Of a stretch of DNA of 64,000 nt, positions 50,375-62,162 are shown in pieces. The notes beneath the pieces were generated by a model that saw only the letters and a program-made list of their open reading frames with translations, did no database searches and was not told the DNA's origin. Within the stretch, counting starts at the first letter, position 1. Every line of letters starts with the position of its first letter. The position numbers and the translations under genes were made by a program. Source of the stretch: Rhodosorus marinus CCMP1338 (Eukaryota > Plantae > Rhodophyta); assembly GCA_029953675.1 (NCBI GenBank), contig JAMWBK010000003.1:124001-188000 (forward strand). Reading direction: 5' to 3'.

Positions 50375-52496
50375 ATGATCCAGTTTGGGGGTAGACAGAT
50401 TCTACTGTCACCAAGTGGACCGGTGGTTTTGGGCTTCTTGATCTTCTCGATCTTTGCCCGTTTGACCGCCGGGTCGCTTTTGAGGGGAATTGCGTACCAT
50501 AGCTACCAAGAAGGTGACCAACTGGAGGTGATTGCCACAAAGCTCACCTCGAAAATTAACCAGCTCCCTTATGACTACTATTCAGTTCCCTTCTGCGACT
50601 CCCAAGACGTGACCGCACGTTCACGGAGGGTCAACTTGGGTCAGCTGCTTAGTGGAGAACGGGCGAAGACCACTGATTTTCAGTTCAGAATGAACAAGAG
50701 TCAGCAATGCACGCTAATGTGCACGGTGCTCCTTCAGAACAAGGATGCTGCGGTACTGCAGCAGCGAATAGCGCAGATGTACTCAGTGCGACTCAGCTTG
50801 GATCACATGCCTGTGGTTGTCAAGGGGACGACCAAGGGTGGCAACGTCGCATATCAACTGGGATACCCGTTGGGATTCGTGGAGGACGATTCGCACTATA
50901 TCAACAACTATTTGCGGCTGAAAGTTTTGGTCCATCGCGAGCACGACTCGGATCGGGACTATTTCCAGGTGGTGGGCTTCGAAGTTGAGCCCAAGTCACT
51001 CTCATTCTACGTGGAGACAGGGGAAGTCACGAAGGAGCAGTGCACAGCCCCGCGAGCTGCACCCCTCAAGGTCGAGGCAGGGACCGAAGTGCCGTTTGTG
51101 TATGATGTAGTCTTCGAGGAGAGCGAAATGAACTGGGCAACGAGGTGGGACCACCTCCTCAAGCCCAGTGACGATGTAGTCCGCCTCCAATGGAGTGTGA
51201 CCATGAACTCGATGCTAGTGGGTGTTTTTCTGACGGCTCTAGTGGGCTTCATTCTTCTGAGAACCGTTTTGAGGGACTTTGTAAGGTATGCCAAGCCAAT
51301 TTTGAAGTCCTCATGGTGCTGCTTCGATGTCAGTTGCTTCCCCAGCAATCACTGTTTGTTCTTTTCCCGAGCGTCTGCAAACGGAAGACGCTGTCGTCTC
51401 GTCATTTTCATCCCGGCATGCCCGCGCTCGAAAGAAATACCGAAAACAATCTTCTAACGATCGTAATTGAACTCGGCTGTTCTCTGTCAGATACAATCAA
51501 CTGGACCAAGAAGCTCCTGAGGAGGACTCCTCCGGCTGGAAGGTCCTGCACGCAGACGTATTTCGAACGCCCAGATATGCCGCTCCTCTTTGTGTTTTCG
51601 TGGGTACCGGGACGCAGGTATTTACAATGGCCGCTATTACGCAGGTCTTTGCCGTAGCGGGTTTAGTTTCCCAGGGAAATCGGGCCGCTCTGCTCACTGC
51701 CATGCTGTTTTTGTGGGTTGCTACATCCCTGGTGTCCGGCTATACGTCAGCGAGATTGTACACTTCGTTGAAAGGAACAAAGTCGCGCAAATGGGTCACA
51801 ACTGCAACGGCTTTCCTGTTTTCCGGCATCACGTTCATCGCCTTTTTCGTTCTTAACTTGGTTCTGTCAATGTTTCGGTCTCAAGCAGCGGTTCCGTTGC
51901 GAGGGTTGGTCGGGCTTCTCCTTCTTTGGTTCTGCCTCGCGATTCCGCTTGTTTTCGTTGGGGCGTATCTGGGATATAAGCGGCGACCGCACGAGTTCCC
52001 GGTGAGGACCAACCAGATTCCTCGTGCCGTCCCCAAGTCACCGATCCCATTCGCAAGGCTAATACTCCCTCTGGTAGCGGGAATTTTCCCGTTCTGTAGC
52101 TTCCTGTGTGAGCTCACCTTCATCCTCAACACGATGTGGCAGGGTCAGATTTACTTTCTTTTTGGTTTCCTTCTCGCCGTCTTCGCACTCCTAACGGTGA
52201 CCTGTGGCGAGATGAGCGTCGTGTTCACCTATATAACTCTGTCGAACGAAGATCACCGTTGGTGGTGGCCAGCTTTCCTCGCATCGGGAAGCTCGGGGTT
52301 GTACGTGTTTCTGTATTCTATCTACTACCTCAAAACCCATCCCGGTTTTCATGGAGTGACGCTTATCAGTGTCCTGATTTATATGGTCTACATGAACATC
52401 ATCTCCGTTGCGTTTGCGCTTATGACTGGCGCCATCGGCTTTCACGCGAGCTTCTTTTTTGTGAAAAGGATATACGGAGCCATCAGAATTGAATAG
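50375..52496 (+). CDS. Transmembrane 9 superfamily (TM9SF/EMP70 nonaspanin) protein
   Basis: QLPYDYYSVPFC, NLGQLLSGER, YQLGYPLG, YINNYLRLKVLVH, WATRWDHLL, GWKVLHADVFERP, PVRTNQIPR, EDHRWWWPAF. C-terminus IYGAIRIE is KxD/E-like. Confidence 0.95.
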
Positions 52497-53324
52497 CTTT
52501 CGAGGATGATCAGGATCTGCACGCGTTTTTTGCTGTTACAAACCAGTAGACCAGAGAGTTTGGACCTCAACCGGGTCGCCAATGTTCTGGGGCAATCGCT
52601 TAGCAAGTGATCTATCATGAAATCAACTCGAGGATGCACATGGGGAATCGCGGCTGTTGGCGTCTCGGTCTGCGGGGCTTGATGTAGGGCATCAGTCACC
52701 GGGATGACCAAGCTAGGACGAGGTTCTGTGTGCAGGAAACTTGGCTTTAGGAACCGCTCGAGCAGGAAAATCCCCCACCTCTCTGTGCGCTTGGCAGTCG
52801 AAATTACCACTACGGAACCCCCCCGGAGAAGCTTACGTTTGGACCGGGGACCACGCTGTGCAATAGAAAGCCCAAATCAGACGTGCAATCTCAAGAATCA
52901 AGTTTACAAAAACCGCAATATGCACAATAAATAGCATTAACCAATACACACTTTTGACTACCAATGACTGCCCTATGGCTTCGACGGAACGGTCATTGAA
53001 CACTACAGTATTTCAAGCGCTCTACGCAGCGCGAGGCAACCCTGGGTCTGGACCAGACTCAGTACGGAAACCGCGGGTCTGAGATCGGACCCGCTCGCAA
53101 GCATCGTTCATCTCTCAAGATGCTCAACAGGCAACCAACTCCCGGCGTTTGTGCGGGTGCAGAGCAAATCGCTTCTTGGCCAGCACACACAGCAGAGCGG
53201 CTCGTTCGGTGAAAGTCGTATGTCAACATTGAGCAGAATCTCCTCACTTAAAATTCCTCCACGAGTGAGTAGACGTTTGCTCCTGTTTTTCCGCACGTCC
53301 TCTCTCTTTTGAGCAACAGTTCTA

Positions 53325-54626
53325 TCAGGATACATCTGCAAGCACGTTTTGCTCATCCAAGACCTCCTCGAATAGGACCGGGCTTAGATCCTTTCCAAAG
53401 CGAGGAGTAGGACGGTTCACCAATGTGCTGCCTCTAGCTCCCCAGTTCTCCCGTCCAATGAAGCGTTTCGTAGTTTCTATTCCGTCTTCAATACTGCCGG
53501 CTTCGTTTATGCTATCCACATCGACGGACTTGACCTCGGACGAGTTGCCGCCACAATCGCCAATCGTGAATTGGGACGCAGTGCTGTTGTACATGATCAT
53601 CTCACTGTTCCCAACTATTCCGAGACGATCAAAAGCCGCTCCGGAATGGGTCAAGTACTGACTACGGAGCATTTTCGTACCGTAGTCGCTGCCCATGTCC
53701 GTTGAGAATCTCCACCAGAGTTCAGAACTGCCGTTCTCATGCGGTCGGTCCGGAAACTCAAAGCTAAACCTCGTCTGGAAAGTACCAGATGCCGCGTTCA
53801 CAAAGTGGCTCGCCCAGCCCATCCATTCTGTAAACTCCATCTTGACCTCTGGCCCGAGAACTCTCGAACGCAGTGCCGGTGCGCATTCACAGGGATTGCC
53901 CCGAGCAACGCAGTATATGCAGTCCTGTGTGGAAATTATGTTCCCGCGTCCAACAAGCTTCGCCAAGCGAACAAGACGAAATTTCAAGAAGTTAAGCCCA
54001 AATGTCACCTCGGCGTAGGTAGGATTGGGGTTACGACTACTGAGATACATGTCATACCTTGTTCGGAGGACCCCCATCACCATCTGCATTTTGATACATG
54101 ACGACCTCATTATACCACTCATGAGTTGTTTTCACAACGTGCTTGACGAGGCAAACACTGCCGCTCGTATACCATATAGTCTGAAGCATTTCGCCGGTCC
54201 TCAGATCTACTACAAATTGTCGATTGGCTACTTCCGATGCGCTCGGGTCCTGTGAGAGATCCGTTGTCAACGTTCCAAATACCTACGAATAAAACAGCAC
54301 AATATGAACAACCTTAGCAAGCCTTCTGGGTTTTCTGGGACCACAATCGTGGCTCACACCTAAGCTAGGTACACGACGAGAACATCATGCTTCCGTCCTC
54401 CTAAACTTGGAATCACGCCGCTTACCGAACCAAAAACGAGGGAACCGCTTTGGTGCTGCGGAATAATGAGCATTTCCCCAGCACCTTCCGTACTCGCATC
54501 CCCTTCCGAGACAAACGCGACGCTCAGATCCATGTTCTTACCGGTGACCTCATTGTTTGCCGTTCTGCTCATGAGCCATGAGACTGCCTCAGGAGCCAGC
54601 TTATTCCAAGCCAGTGCCCTCTCCAT
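53325..54626 (-). CDS. Hypothetical protein, about 3 exons, with CxxC...CxC cluster
   Basis: Three collinear ORFs (54626-54360, 54270-54052, 54122-53325) separated by intron-sized gaps. CIYCVARGNPCEC motif. Confidence 0.55.
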
Positions 54627-55608
54627 GGCTTAAGGCAAGTACCGTTCCCCACCCTATAAACCTTTCACCAAAAAGCACAGTTTCACGAAGACGATTCCCC
54701 TCGCCAACCACCCCAAATGCCGATTCCGTCAAGCTGCTCCAGTCCGTGTTCTAAAACCTCCACCCATTATCGCACGCTTTCATACACGACAGCGAGAGCG
54801 TCCCATGACAACAAACTCCGTCCACTCAACAACCCTGTCCACCCCAACCTCACAGTCCCAAACGAACTGCGGTATACCTTTTGGTCACCAACCCGAGCTC
54901 AGCCCAGCTGACCCAATTCCTACCCTTTTCCTCCTCCTCGCTACAAGCAAGGACATGAAGACTGAGCTTTAGCCTATCTCCCCGCTAGTCTGCACAGCCC
55001 CTCTAGCTATACCCCCATAGCAGCCACTCCAACAGACAACTTCAAATAAATATCCACAATCAGTCCGCACCGCACTAAAGATACGAGAATAAGCAAGACC
55101 CGCCGCCTTAGTCACCCCCCACTCCACCTCGCCCCAAACAAGATACCAAAATTTAGACCTATAAAATCCCAACCCTTCTTCCAAACCCTTTCTAAAACAT
55201 CAGCTATTCAAAACATCAAGGAGAAACGTAGAAAACAACCGAATCCTAAAAAGGGCAACTTTTAGAGATGGTCCCTTTTTCTGGTAAACTCTAGGACTCC
55301 CTAGCAAGCGAGAATGTGCAGCATCAGGGAAGATTAAGAAAAACACCGTTCCAGACCGATCAGCGTCTTCTTCCTGCAAACATCAAAAATTCAAAAGGTC
55401 GAGCAGCGTCACCTGCCGATCTACTCCAATTGCGGTGAAAGGGCATGTATTTAAAAGCGAAACAAGTTTTGTACGCAAGAACGTTTGAAAATGTGTAAAC
55501 TAAGAGATGACGCTTATAACAAATCCCCGTGATATGTAGATTGGGCAGCCCCATCGCGTGGAATTTTTCCAGCGTTTGGCATAAAAACTGGGCTCCCGGT
55601 ACCAGAGC

Positions 55609-55735
55609 TAGGGTTGTGCCTAGTGGGTCGGGTTTTTCGCTGTTTACGACCCAGCAGAAGTGGTTAAACCCGCGAAAACAGGGGAGTTTAGAGGGGTAAA
55701 CACCGAAAAACCCGATCCACTGGGCAAAAACCCAA
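55609..55735. mobile_element. Short hAT-like MITE with about 37-bp imperfect TIRs
   Basis: Left gggttgtgcctagtgggtcgggtttttcgctgtttac (55611-55647) vs reverse complement of the right arm gggtttttgcccagtggatcgggtttttcggtgtttac (55696-55733). Starts TAGGG. The 8-bp flanks accagagc and accaattg are only partly alike. Confidence 0.6.
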
Positions 55736-57776
55736 ACCAATTGGGAACGAGGCTCGCCCAAAGATTTCATTGATCGCTAAGTTTTTTAACTATAATTCAA
55801 TAAATGCGTTGTTTTAGACTGGTTAGGTTTTGTCTTGCTCACAGCTGGAAGGAAAATTTGCGCCTTGGCTGGAAAGGAGCTCTTGTTGGGAGTGTGAACT
55901 TCGGCAGCACAAAAACAAGAAAGCGGGGCAATGCATTTAGTAGCAAGCCAGAGCAATTGGATCCGGCTGTCGTTTCGTCTCGTTCCTTCAGAAAACCCGT
56001 TTCGAACGACGAGCGAGAGACGTTCTGGCTTTCTCTCATATGAGTTCGGGTAAGCTAGATAGGTTTCTGAAATCTTTGGTCGTCTTGCTGACGAGACTTC
56101 CATATCTGCCGTGTTCACGTTGTGAATTGAGTGAAAAAAAAAAATTCTACTGTTGTTTTGTTTCTCGCATCGGGTGCGCCCCATCCGAAAGATGGATTTC
56201 AGACCGGGACTGAATGGGGCAGATGGGAATGCAAACCTTGAGATATCAATTCGTTTGAATGTATAAGCTCTGGGGTTATCCACTTCGAAAAGGTGCTTGA
56301 CGACTGAAAGTCCAGCTCTCTCTCCACTGTCACACGTGGAGGAATAGGTGAAGGAACGGATATATCCCAGATAGAATTCACAAGGTTTCATTACGCGTAG
56401 GCCCCTGCATCCTGGGACCGGAATCGTTACTCGCATCGTGAATCGGATTTCCCCGAGTCGTGTCAAGAAGCGAGAACCGGCTTTCACCATCTCAATCAGC
56501 TCCGAGAGCCCGTTTTAACTCACGAGAAGCATTTTGTGCTCTGCTTCAGAATCTTCGGTGTGCGCATGCCTGTTTTGCCGTGAGATGATCGACAAGCACG
56601 TGACCACTCTATTGCGGGAGGACGGCAAGTCGGAATCTCTCGGACATATGATAGTCCTCCATTCTTGATGGAGGAAACTGTCAAACATCCACTAGATCAT
56701 TCATCAAAGAACAGCATTCGAGTAGGTTGAACCCAGCTCCTCATTTTTTTCACGAGGGCCGCTTTCATTGAGCGTCAACCCCGAACGCTTCTGCGAAACC
56801 TTTCGTGAACTGTATATCGATTGCTTGCACTAAAGGGTGACGAATGCTGTACTGCAAATTATTGACAGCAATCAGCATCAAGTTGGTCCAAGCAAATTCA
56901 GGAACCTATGCCGGTTGTCCCCCCCATGAAACCCAATCCGCCTATCAACAATCCATGCTTTGCATATGAAGCGCGGTTCCGATTCATCGGCTACCTGCTT
57001 TTGACTAACGAAGATGGCCACAATATTAGTGCAGTACCTTAAGCGGAGCTGTGATAGTCCTACCCAGCGATCACTCAAGCCCGTACTGAGAATGTTTGGT
57101 ATCAAGCAGAATCCCTTTACGCAGTGGCAGCTAGTAGTCCTAGCCAGTGTCGGTCGCAGGCTCCACTCGCATACTGACGCCTGTGCTGGTGCAGTGAGGC
57201 TTTTGGTTTTGTGTGCACAAAACAGGCCGGGAACGGGGAAGGGAAAAGACGGAAAGGAAGGTGACTCCTTTGTTTGGTTTTCCGGTTGCGTAGTTTGGCT
57301 GTTACGTTCATGATGGAGCTCAAATGGGGCTGCTTGGGGTGTTGAACGAAGTCGTCGATGGTAACCGCTTCTATTTCGTTGAGCTGGGTGGTTGATGCAT
57401 TGCTGAATTTCTGAGCAGAACAAGGGCTCCGGGGATCTTGGATCTGGGCTACGGTTTTTGGGGGGATTTCTGTACCAGAACGAGGGCTAAGAGGGGAAGA
57501 GTTGGCATAGTCAAGGTTTTCAGCGGCGTGGAAGGTGGTGGGTTTTTGTTCTGGGCTGGTGCGCGGGATAAAGACTACCGTCCAGTTGAGGAGGTGGTCT
57601 GTATGCTATGGAAGAGCCAATAATGTGTCGGATTTTAGGAGAAAGCGCTGTGGCATGAGAAAGAAATACGAATGTACCCTTTTCTTGACCAAAGTCCGAA
57701 ATTGTTCTGCACGAGCGTTTAACCTAGACTTTTCCACCGGAGTGGCTCCTATTCTGGGGGAACTCTCACTGCTGCA

Positions 57777-59530
57777 ATGATGCTAAAACTACCGAGAATC
57801 ATTGTTGTGTGTCTGCTGTTCCTCATAAATCTGCTTAACTACATGGACAGACTAACTATTGCCGGAATCCTTTCCGAGCTTCAGTTGTCGCCCTCCGAAG
57901 GTGGCTTCGGGATAACCGACGCCGAGGCGGGGATTCTCTCCTCTATTTTCGTATTTACTTATATGCTGCTGTCTCCTGTTTTCGGGTTCCTCGGAGACAG
58001 AGTGCCGCGGAAAATAATCATGGCCGTAGGCGTCTTGGTCTGGGCGGTGTCAACAATGCTTTGCAGTTTTGCTTCGAGCTATTCGGAACTGCTCGTGTTT
58101 CGCTCTATGGTGGGTTTCGGGGAAGCTAGTTATGCAACCATAGCACCAACGCTGATCGCCGATTTCTATCCAGTGGAGCAGAGGGCTACGGCTCTTGCCT
58201 TTTACTTTACTGCGACGCCGCTGGGTTCTGCGCTTGGTAAGGATTTTCAAGTGCCCATCATCGACTGTGAAATGGCATGCTTTCTTGCCAGTTCTTGATT
58301 TGTAACGCAGACGTAGGTCTGGTTGGACGCGATGCGTCGCTAAGAAACGCCAATGTGCCTGACCTTTCTCCGACTATTGCTCCTCAGGGTACCTCGTGGC
58401 CGGAGAGATGGCGTACCTTTTCAGTTGGAGATGGGCTTTCAGAGTGACACCGCCATTGGCGATTCTGTTCACTATGATTCTCTTCTTCTTCGCGGAGGAG
58501 CCTCCTCGGGGGGCGACCGAAGTTGTCCCGGTATCTATGAATGACGAAGCTGAAGATGATCCCGTAGACGGGGACAAACTGAGCCTTCGAGATTTTCTGA
58601 CTGATCTGAGGCTGATTTGGGCCATCCGAAGCTTTGCATACTCCACGTTTGCGTTCACGGCGATCACATTCATTTCTGGTGCCCTAAGTGGCTGGGGGCC
58701 CGCCTTCCTCCAAAGAGTGAACTGCACAGATGCAACGGACGCGGGGAGATGTAAATCAGAGATCAACTACAAGTTTGGGATCATTGGATCGATCACCGGT
58801 GTCGCCGGTACACTGATAGGAGCGGTCTTATCTCAACGATACTCTCGAGCAACCAGTAATTCTGACCCTATTATTTGTGGCGTCGGCTTGCTCGCTGCGG
58901 CACCGTTCATATATCTGGCAATCTTCCTCCCTCAAATCAGCATGTTGTACACATGGGCTTCAATCTTCCTTGCAGAGGTACGTGGATCGAGAACTAAGCC
59001 GTTGCACGCGAAACGCCCATGGCCCCTATGGCTACGCTCTGAGTTGGGCGTCAAGCTGATATTTCCATTCGGTTTGACGATGCCTGCAGTTGTTTATTGG
59101 TTTTACCTGGGCGCCAACAACAGCCATGCTGCTGTACGTGACGTTACCAACCCAAAGATCCTTTGCCGCGGGAATACAAACGTTAACGTCGCATCTCCTT
59201 GGTGACGCCCTGAGTCCCATTTTTGTTGGTTGGTTGGCGGACAATTTGTATTTCAACAACGACGATTTGACCAGAGGGAGAGCTCTGCAATATGCGCTCT
59301 ACCCATCCTCCGCGTTCGCCATCATTGGCGCAATCTTCTTCGGCATCTCTGCGAAATACGTGGTTGGAGACCGACGAATGGTTGAAATCCAAGAACACGA
59401 ACAAATTGGATCCGCTGGTGTGCTTCCAGAACCCTCAGAAGCTTATTTTGGTCAGCAGAACACGTCCCAGGAGTTGACAGAACGCCCCATGCCGAAGGAC
59501 AGGGAAACAAGTCCAAGTCCGGCGTTGTAA
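57777..59530 (+). CDS. SPNS: Spinster-family MFS transporter, 3 exons
   Basis: INLLNYMDRLTIAG, FGFLGDRVPRK, RSMVGFGEASYATIAPTLIADFYP, HLLGDALSPIFVGWLAD. Confidence 0.92.
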
Positions 59531-59804
59531 CCAAAACAGTTGATAACCAAAAGGAAGACAGCGGATGAAAAGTAACTTGATCGATTTACTTATTGGATAT
59601 TCTAAAATACATGCCTCTCTAGCGTTTTGCTTCAACACGAGCCGACGAGAATCCTGCTCGGCGAACGTGTTTCACAACCCGCGAAAGGTTCCATCCACAC
59701 CAAAATTAGAAAAGCCGCACCATGTCTTCACATGTTGGCTGGCTTCCTAGGGCTCGTGCTCTTCCTTTGATCTCGAGGTGGGAGGCCTCTTCCTCTCTCA
59801 GAAA

Positions 59805-60645
59805 CTACAAAGGCGTCCCGCTTTGTGTTCTGTCAACCTCAATCCTACCATCAGACCCTATGTCATAAACTTGAGCGTTGGTGGCCGGTTGCTGACCTCC
59901 GCTCGCAGAAAAATGTCCACTGGACGAGACAAATCCATCGTTCACTCGGATACAACTGTCAGCGCCCCCTTGCCGGTGACCATCATCGACTCTAGTATCT
60001 TCAGCTTCGTAAACTTCATCCTCTTCCGCGTCCTCAATCCGAATCCGTAACGTCCTAAGCCTAGAAGCCTCAGCTTTGATTTCCAGATCTCTTATCGTCT
60101 CCAAAACAAAATTCTCTACGGAAGAACCGTTTACTCGCAGAGGCGGACTAACAGGTCTGTCCTCATAATGAACCGGCGTGTCATATTTGCCAACTTCTGT
60201 CTCCCTCTCCGCATAGCTGTCACTTCCGAATGGGTGTTGAAAAGATCCAGATCCAGGAGGCGCGCAGCCTCCACTCCCGTCTGAGTCGACGAATCTGTGA
60301 GGATAGGAGGAAAAAGAAGAGTTCCTTAGAGACACTCCCCTCTCTCTATCCAATCTAGCACGATATTCCCTAATTTTCAACGGACACGTTCAAAACAAGC
60401 ATTTATCATCAACACAGCAGATCTCGATGGAACGGAAAAGAAGGCAACTGTTCTCAGAAACAGGGAAGTTTAGAATCTATTCCAAGCGCGTACTTTCTCT
60501 GCTCTTCTTCTTTCCCAGCGAAGTAGTACAGCGCCAGTGGGTTTCTCTTCTCGTCTATAGGTTGGCCTCGGTAGAAAGTCCTCCGCTGAAAGTTTCTACC
60601 TGGAAACGTCGGATTATCATTCCCAACGCCTACAGGCCTCTCCAT
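59805..60645 (-). CDS. Hypothetical protein, at least 2 exons
   Basis: Intron 60493-60370 (gtacgc...ttag) joins ...GKEEEQRK to EYRARLDRERG... in frame. No domain recognised. Confidence 0.5.
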
Positions 60646-60874
60646 TCAACCTCCTCCTCCCACTTTCAACCCTATCGAATCGAAAATGACAGAACTCATC
60701 ATGGACTAAGCCATCTCCATCAGCCCCCAAGGGAAAAAAAAAAAAAGACAGAAACTTAAGTGTCAAAGAGATACCGACATCCTCCCCAACTTCTTTGCAA
60801 CGTACTTCTGAGGGGTTTCCAAGCAACCCCGTTTCCGACCTTTGGCAAAGCCAATTGGGGGGAAACACTGAACC

Positions 60875-61381
60875 CTAGTCAATAATATTGAGACAAGCAC
60901 CGCCACTTAATAGTCTGGGTTCCTGGATTCCAGCTCGGTTTGGGTAGAGGGGGCGATACGTCACTTTGCGAGTAAAAGTACTTCCAGGACAGGATGATCC
61001 CATGACCCTAATTTTGCGTACCTTATCGCATTTAGAGGGTTTGGTAGCTTGGTTGAGAAGCTCACCCTTCAGAAGAGGTCGTGAAACGGCACAGCGACTA
61101 GTTCGATCATGGTAGGTGCCAGGGAACAAAGGGTAGCCACCCTGCTGGGGTGTGTCGGTTCGAAGCCCATGGCCCACTGGTCTTTCAGGGGACACCAGCT
61201 CCCTCGAGCTGGGTAGTTCAACTCTTACCAAACGTGATCCACTTGCTGCCCTCTCGTTGGTGATACTCTCTGGAAGAGAGTAGGCAGTTGAGAAGCCTTG
61301 AATTGCTCCTACGTGAACACGTCGTTGTTGGATTAGAGAAACCCTGGCGACGCTGACATTGATCGTCTCCTCCAACGACAT
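60875..61381 (-). CDS. Hypothetical protein
   Basis: 168-aa ATG-initiated ORF, no recognised motif. Confidence 0.3.
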   Translation of the reverse strand: MSLEETINVSVARVSLIQQRRVHVGAIQGFSTAYSLPESITNERAASGSRLVRVELPSSRELVSPERPVGHGLRTDTPQQGGYPLFPGTYHDRTSRCAVSRPLLKGELLNQATKPSKCDKVRKIRVMGSSCPGSTFTRKVTYRPLYPNRAGIQEPRLLSGGACLNIID

Positions 61382-62162
61382 GACAACCGGCTGCTCATCC
61401 TAGCGGAAGCCTATCAGCATCTTTTTTTTTTGCCTGCGGAAGAGCGAATGAATTCAAGAAGGTCCAAGTCACATTGGTGACCAACTCCATTTCTATTTGA
61501 CGCAGATTTAAATTACCCGAGTAGGACGCTGCAACGACAAGTGCTCATGCCGGGTGCACAGCACTGTCTTTTGTGGACTGGAATAGTACCCCAAAGCGGG
61601 GGCAAGTAGCCACACCCCGGATCACGCATTTGGATTGCCCGGAACGAGGAGGGCGACCTTTCCAGTATCTGCTATTATGTACAGTATTGTAAGGTTGCCT
61701 ATCCAACGAGGCTTTCCGAGCAAGTCGACGCTAGGCCACAGTTGACTCCGAACTACTGCTCGCCCGGTCTATTTTGCGCGAGAATCTACACAATGTTTCC
61801 AAGCGAAGTATCCTCCCATGCAACACGGGCCGAGCCCCGTGCATGGCGCCAATTCTTAGTAAGCCCTGATATACATTTATCTGAAGGTCGCGTGCCCTCT
61901 GAATATTACTAGCAGACTGGTTGAAACGATCAAGTGGTCTTGTTAAGGGATGCGTCAGGAACCCAACTGGGTTCGTTCCTTGGGTGGTAACGCCCAGGGA
62001 AACTGCTCGGACACCGCGAGCTCATCTTCTCAAGATGAACCAAAATCGTACAAAAACCTACAAGCGGAAATAGCTATTGCGAAAAACCCTATTGAAACCC
62101 TTATTTCAGGTACAGTCCGACGTACTTCGACTGTCCGCGTAAAAAAATCCGCAATCCAGCTC

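Noticed and set aside
55786-57423. 234-aa and 181-aa minus-strand ORFs, plus an MLFFDE Walker-B-like word
   Set aside because: No Walker A motif or coherent domain, and composition is not clearly protein-like. Possibly a decayed pseudogene.
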